From an uncultured Candidatus Rokubacteria bacterium (GTDB lineage: Bacteria > Methylomirabilota > Methylomirabilia > Rokubacteriales > DASRDR01), in NCBI GenBank assembly GCA_963708025.1, contig CAVPSB010000049.1, positions 160,001-224,000 of the forward strand: a stretch of 64,000 bases of DNA, read 5' to 3'. A program made the translations under genes and the position numbers. A model generated the notes under the pieces. That model saw nothing but the letters and a program-made list of their open reading frames with translations. It had not been told where the DNA came from and did no database searches. Numbering within the stretch: position 1 is the first letter of the stretch; each line of letters starts with the position of its first letter. Below are positions 60,081 through 64,000 of this stretch, piece after piece.

Positions 60081-60955
60081 ATGAGGCTCTGGGGCAGGGT
60101 GGCGACCGGCCTGCTGCTGGCCTTCGCCGTGGTCTTCACGGCGATCGCCGTCGTCGCGCCCACGATGCGGCGGGAGGCCATCGTTGCGGTCGTCATCGCC
60201 ACCGCGGCCGCCCTCCTGGGAGTCCCCGCGCTGGTGCGCTTCTTCGGCTCTTTTACCGGCGACGAGGAGGTGCTGAGGAACGGGACCCCGGGCGCCGCCA
60301 CCATCACGTTGCTGCAGCCGACCCGGTGGCGCTACAACCGAACCTACCCCATCGTGAGGTTCGGCCTCAGCGTGGAGGCTGCCGGCGTCTACCCGGTCGA
60401 GGTCAAGCAGGCGGTCGATCCCGATCTGCTGCCGCGACTCGCCCCCGGGGTGGTGGTGGCCGTACGGGTGGACCGGCTGGACCGCAAGAAGGTCGTCATC
60501 GACTGGCGTGAGCCGGTTCGTACGGCCACGGGTGAGACCGTGGACCAGAGCGTGGCCGGGGCCGCGCAAACGCCGACAGCAAAACGGTCCCTCTGGCCTT
60601 TCCTCCGCTGGGCGTGCCTGCTGTGCTCCAGAAGACCTACTCGCCCGGCACCAGCTCGACCAGCGGAAGCCGAGGCTCCCCGGCCCGGCGCTCCGTGAGT
60701 TACCGATTCACGACGAAGGAGGGACGGACGCTCGAGGGCCGATCCGACGTCCTTCCCGGGACCTGGGGAACACTCAAGGAAGGCGATTCCATCGTCGTCG
60801 AGTACCTGCCGGAGTCGCCCGACACCAACCGGGTCCCGGACCAACGGGCCAGGTCCACAATCTGGGGAATCATGGCGCTGGTGCTCCTGGTGGCCAGCGC
60901 GGTTCTCTTCGTCGTGGGGTGGCGAAAACGACGAGCCGCAAGCGTAGCGTGCTAG
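60081..60955 (+). CDS. Membrane protein with DUF3592-like domain(s); frameshift or deletion near 60615
   Basis: TM helices; VSYRFTT..G...G.SIVVEYLP..P.TNR followed by a TM helix. Confidence 0.55.
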
Positions 60956-61370
60956 GTGGTCGTCGCCATCATGGGCACGCCGACCGGGGCGGCAGATCAG
61001 GTCGAGCCGCTGGAGAACGGCACACCGGTGACGGCGGTCCCGTTCCGAGTCGGCGCTCCCGCCCGATCTACGAGGTAATCGACCCAGGGGCACGCCGTCT
61101 AGTGCCGTTCCAACTTGCTCCAGCCAATGCTTTCGAGGAATGCGGCAAGTCCGTGCTTCAAGAATCGCTTGCCCATTTTGGCTCATGCAGTTGGAATGGC
61201 ACTAGCAGCCAGCGTCCCGCTCAGCCACCGGGGGCCTTGACTCCTCGCGGGAAACAGTGCTTGATGGCTCGACTCCGGCATCAAGGTCTCCGGCGATGTG
61301 CAAAGATTTTTCCTCCCGGGACAGATGCTGCGGCGACGAGCCGTACCGTGCGAAGGCCCCAGAGGAAACG

Positions 61371-62189
61371 ATGACCAGTCCGCAACACAGAGTGCTCACG
61401 TCGCCTCCGACCGCGGACCTGCGCGCGGTGATAAGCTGCATCGTCCCCGTGTTCAATGGTGAACGCTATCTAGACGAGACGCTGGACAGCATCCTCCAGC
61501 AGACTCACAGCCCACTGGACATCATCGTCGCCGACGACGGCTCAACTGACGGAACAGCGGCTGTCGTTGCCGCCTACGGCGAGCGGGTCACGTATCTGTG
61601 GCAACCGAATGCTGGTGAGACAGCCGCGCGCAACCTCGGGCTTCGCGCCGCGCGTGGCGATTTCGTCGCCTTCCTGGATGCGGACGACCTCTGGCATCCA
61701 GACAAGCTCGCGCGGCAAGTCGCCCGATTCCAGGATCGCCCGGGGCTCGATCTCTGCTTTACTCACTTCGAGAACTTCTGGAGTCCAGAATGTACGGCCG
61801 AAGCAGAATACTACCGGAAGCGCGCATTTTCCCCAGCGTCATCCGCGTACTCGATCTGTACCTTGCTGGCCCGCCGCGCCGCTTTTCAGAAGTTCGGCCA
61901 TTTCGTCGACGACGGTCGTCGGGGGCCCCAGAACCTCATCTGGCTCTTTCACGCTGCTGAACACGGCGCCCGCATCGAGATGTTGACCGACCTCCTGATG
62001 TATCGCCGCCTTCACCGCGAGAACCTCTCCGGGAAGCGGAGCACTGCTCACGACCTCGACACCTTCTTCCCGATCCTGAAGGCGTGGCGCGACTACCAAC
62101 GGCGAGTGCGCGAAGAGACGGGGGTCGCCGCCCCGTTTGGGGCGGGCTTACCAATGACCGAAACCAGGCCGGGAGGTGTCGCATGCTGA
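61371..62189 (+). CDS. GT2 family glycosyltransferase
   Basis: ISCIVPVFN, ADDGSTD, ARNLG, FLDADDLW, YRRLH. Confidence 0.93.
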   Translation: MTSPQHRVLTSPPTADLRAVISCIVPVFNGERYLDETLDSILQQTHSPLDIIVADDGSTDGTAAVVAAYGERVTYLWQPNAGETAARNLGLRAARGDFVAFLDADDLWHPDKLARQVARFQDRPGLDLCFTHFENFWSPECTAEAEYYRKRAFSPASSAYSICTLLARRAAFQKFGHFVDDGRRGPQNLIWLFHAAEHGARIEMLTDLLMYRRLHRENLSGKRSTAHDLDTFFPILKAWRDYQRRVREETGVAAPFGAGLPMTETRPGGVAC

Positions 62190-62632
62190 CGCTGGATCAG
62201 CGCTTTCACCCGTGTGCGCAGGTTGCCTCCAGGGTCTTCGACGGCGAGGCGATCCTGATCAACATGTCCACCGGGATGTACTACAGCATGGTCGATGTCG
62301 GTGGGCGCGTCTGGGAGCTATTGGAGGCGCGACGGAGCCTCGACGAAGTCGTGTTGTCGATCACCGCACGTTACGACGTTTCACGCGAGCAGGCCGAGGC
62401 CGACGTCCAGCGGCTGGCGGCCGACTTGCTCCGCGAGGATCTGATCGCGGCGACCCACGATGGGCCGCCGGCTCGCGCGATCGCGGACACACCGCCGCAA
62501 GCGACACTTCCGTACGAAGCGCCCCGGCTCGACGTGTATCGCGACATGGGAGACTTGCTCGCGCTGGATCCCCCCGCCCCCCAGCTCATGGGCATCGCGT
62601 GGAACGAGCCGGGCGACGAGCCACCTCGTTAG
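62183..62632 (+). CDS. PqqD/RRE family protein with C-terminal leader-like tail
   Basis: GGAGG RBS; RVFDGEAILINMSTGMYYSM..VGGRVW..ARYDV..AEADVQRL, then YEAPRLDVYRDMGDLLALDPP. Confidence 0.9.
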   Translation: MLTLDQRFHPCAQVASRVFDGEAILINMSTGMYYSMVDVGGRVWELLEARRSLDEVVLSITARYDVSREQAEADVQRLAADLLREDLIAATHDGPPARAIADTPPQATLPYEAPRLDVYRDMGDLLALDPPAPQLMGIAWNEPGDEPPR

Positions 62633-62665
62633 CCCAACGGCCAGGTGACGAGAGAATAGTCTGTC

Positions 62666-63406
62666 GTGCTGCCTCTGATCAGCTGCGTCGTTCCCGTCTT
62701 CAACGGCGAGCGGTTTCTGCGCGAGGCGTTGGACAGCATCCTGGCGCAGACCTATCGGCCGGTGGAGATCATTGTCGCCGACGACGGCTCCACGGATGGG
62801 ACGGCCGGTGTGGTGGCGGCCCATGCCGGCGAGATTCGTTACGTGTGGCAACGCAATGCGGGACCAGCGGCGGCTCGCAACCTGGGGTTGAGCGTCGCGC
62901 AAGGCGAGTTTGTCGCGTTTCTCGACGCCGACGACCTCTGGCATCGGGAGAAACTCGCGCGGCAGATGGCCTCCTTTCAGGCGCGATCCGAGCTCGATCT
63001 CTGCGTCACCCACATACAGAACTTTTGGGTCCCAGAGCTGCGCCGGGAGGCGATTCGGTTGCAGCATGATCGGCTGATGCAAGCGTTGCCCGGGTACCTG
63101 ACATCGACGCTTCTCGCCCGTCGAGCCGTATTCGAATCGGCCGGCGGATTCGATGTCGCCTTGCCGCATGCGGGAGACACCGAGTGGTTCTTGCGCGCGG
63201 CTGAACGCGGCGCCGTCATGGAGTTGTTACCCGATCTGTTGACCTATCGCCGATTGCACCAGACCAATCGGAGCCGCCTGTCGGCGACTGCGAGCTGGGA
63301 AGAGTACCTGCTGATCGTGAAAGCGTCGCTGGACCGGCGGCGTCGCCTCAACAGGGCCGCCGCGCCGTACGCATTCCCGGGCGTCAACGAGCCGAGGAAC
63401 ACCTAG
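62666..63406 (+). CDS. GT2 family glycosyltransferase
   Basis: ISCVVPVFN, ADDGSTD, FLDADDLW, DTEWF, YRRLH. Confidence 0.93.
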   Translation: MLPLISCVVPVFNGERFLREALDSILAQTYRPVEIIVADDGSTDGTAGVVAAHAGEIRYVWQRNAGPAAARNLGLSVAQGEFVAFLDADDLWHREKLARQMASFQARSELDLCVTHIQNFWVPELRREAIRLQHDRLMQALPGYLTSTLLARRAVFESAGGFDVALPHAGDTEWFLRAAERGAVMELLPDLLTYRRLHQTNRSRLSATASWEEYLLIVKASLDRRRRLNRAAAPYAFPGVNEPRNT

Positions 63407-63475
63407 GCGAGCCACCATTGACCTATGGGCCCGTCGCCACCCGTGCTCGAGGCGGGGGAGGCAATCGGCTGAACG

Positions 63476-64000
63476 ATGCGAGTGTTGTACTGGTCCGATC
63501 TTTTTTCGCCGTACGTTGGGGGCGCTGAAGTGCTGAGCGCCGATCTCATCGAAGCGTTGGGGCAGCGCGGCATCGAAGCGCTCGTGCTTACCCGGCAGGA
63601 CCCCGCCGATCTACCCAGCGAGGCACGATTCAAGGGAATATCGGTGTGTCGTATCCCGTTCCTCACGGCGTTCGCGGACGGCAACATCGACCGACTCCTC
63701 GCGGCACGCCACGAGGTCAGCAGGCTCAAGCGGAGCTTTGCGCCCGACCTCATCCACGTCATCTCTTTCGGCGCCAGCGCCCTGTTTCACCTCGACACCG
63801 CGACCGCGTACCCGGCACCACTGTTGGTCACGTTGCACGGCGAGAGATCCCTAGAGGTTACGAGCGGCGACACCCTCCTGCAGAAGACCCTGCGCTCGGC
63901 CGATTGGGTGACCGGCGTCTCGGCCGCTGTCCTTGCCCAAGCACGTGAGCTGGTGCCGGAGATCCTTCCGCGCTCGTCCGTCATCTGCAACGCTCGCAAA
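63476..64000 (+). CDS. GT4 family glycosyltransferase (runs off window)
   Basis: MRVLYWSDLFSPYVGGAEV...LKRSFAPDLIH...LLVTLHG...SVICN; paralog of 43385-44524 and 45333-46463. Confidence 0.88.
   Translation, partial: MRVLYWSDLFSPYVGGAEVLSADLIEALGQRGIEALVLTRQDPADLPSEARFKGISVCRIPFLTAFADGNIDRLLAARHEVSRLKRSFAPDLIHVISFGASALFHLDTATAYPAPLLVTLHGERSLEVTSGDTLLQKTLRSADWVTGVSAAVLAQARELVPEILPRSSVICNARK

Noticed and set aside
60956-61370. Possible gene remnants upstream of the second GT cluster
   Set aside because: No recognisable motif or RBS-supported ORF.
1-64000. tRNA or rRNA genes
   Set aside because: No cloverleaf with a T-loop/CCA pattern or rRNA signature was recognised by eye.

Overview
Very GC-rich bacterial window. 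The gene repertoire suggests a Rokubacteria/Methylomirabilota-like soil MAG, but this is inference only. Many single-base frameshifts in otherwise intact genes point to an imperfectly polished assembly. The backbone carries acyl-CoA metabolism genes (CoA-transferase, enoyl-CoA hydratases, CoA pyrophosphatase, thiolase), sppA, a sirtuin and a patatin. It also has a form I aerobic CO dehydrogenase cluster (coxMSL...coxG-coxF/YHS, AYRCSFR motif) interrupted by a toxin-antitoxin pair and an unusual MCP-DctP fusion chemoreceptor, a purine-type BMP ABC transporter with puuD, and a dpp-type peptide ABC operon. A visibly less GC-rich, partly decayed region (~29.4-50.3 kb) holds an ATPase-less PAS/HisKA sensor, an ATP-grasp-like gene, OppA, a TAXI + ExeA-like pair with a 150-bp coding tandem repeat, and a glycosyltransferase/nucleotidyltransferase/HPr-kinase-remnant cluster. 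Best candidate for an undescribed system: two paralogous clusters (41.4-47.9 kb and 61.4 kb to window end) each built around a PqqD/RRE protein carrying its own C-terminal RiPP-leader-like tail (YxxPRLxxYRDMxDLLALDPP). An orphan 44-aa precursor-like ORF missed by the ORF track (7551-7685) has a related leader motif. Also noted: a promoter-bearing candidate ncRNA, a collapsed integrase/resolvase element, and a ~20-nt strand-biased micro-hairpin nested in different REP-like repeats.
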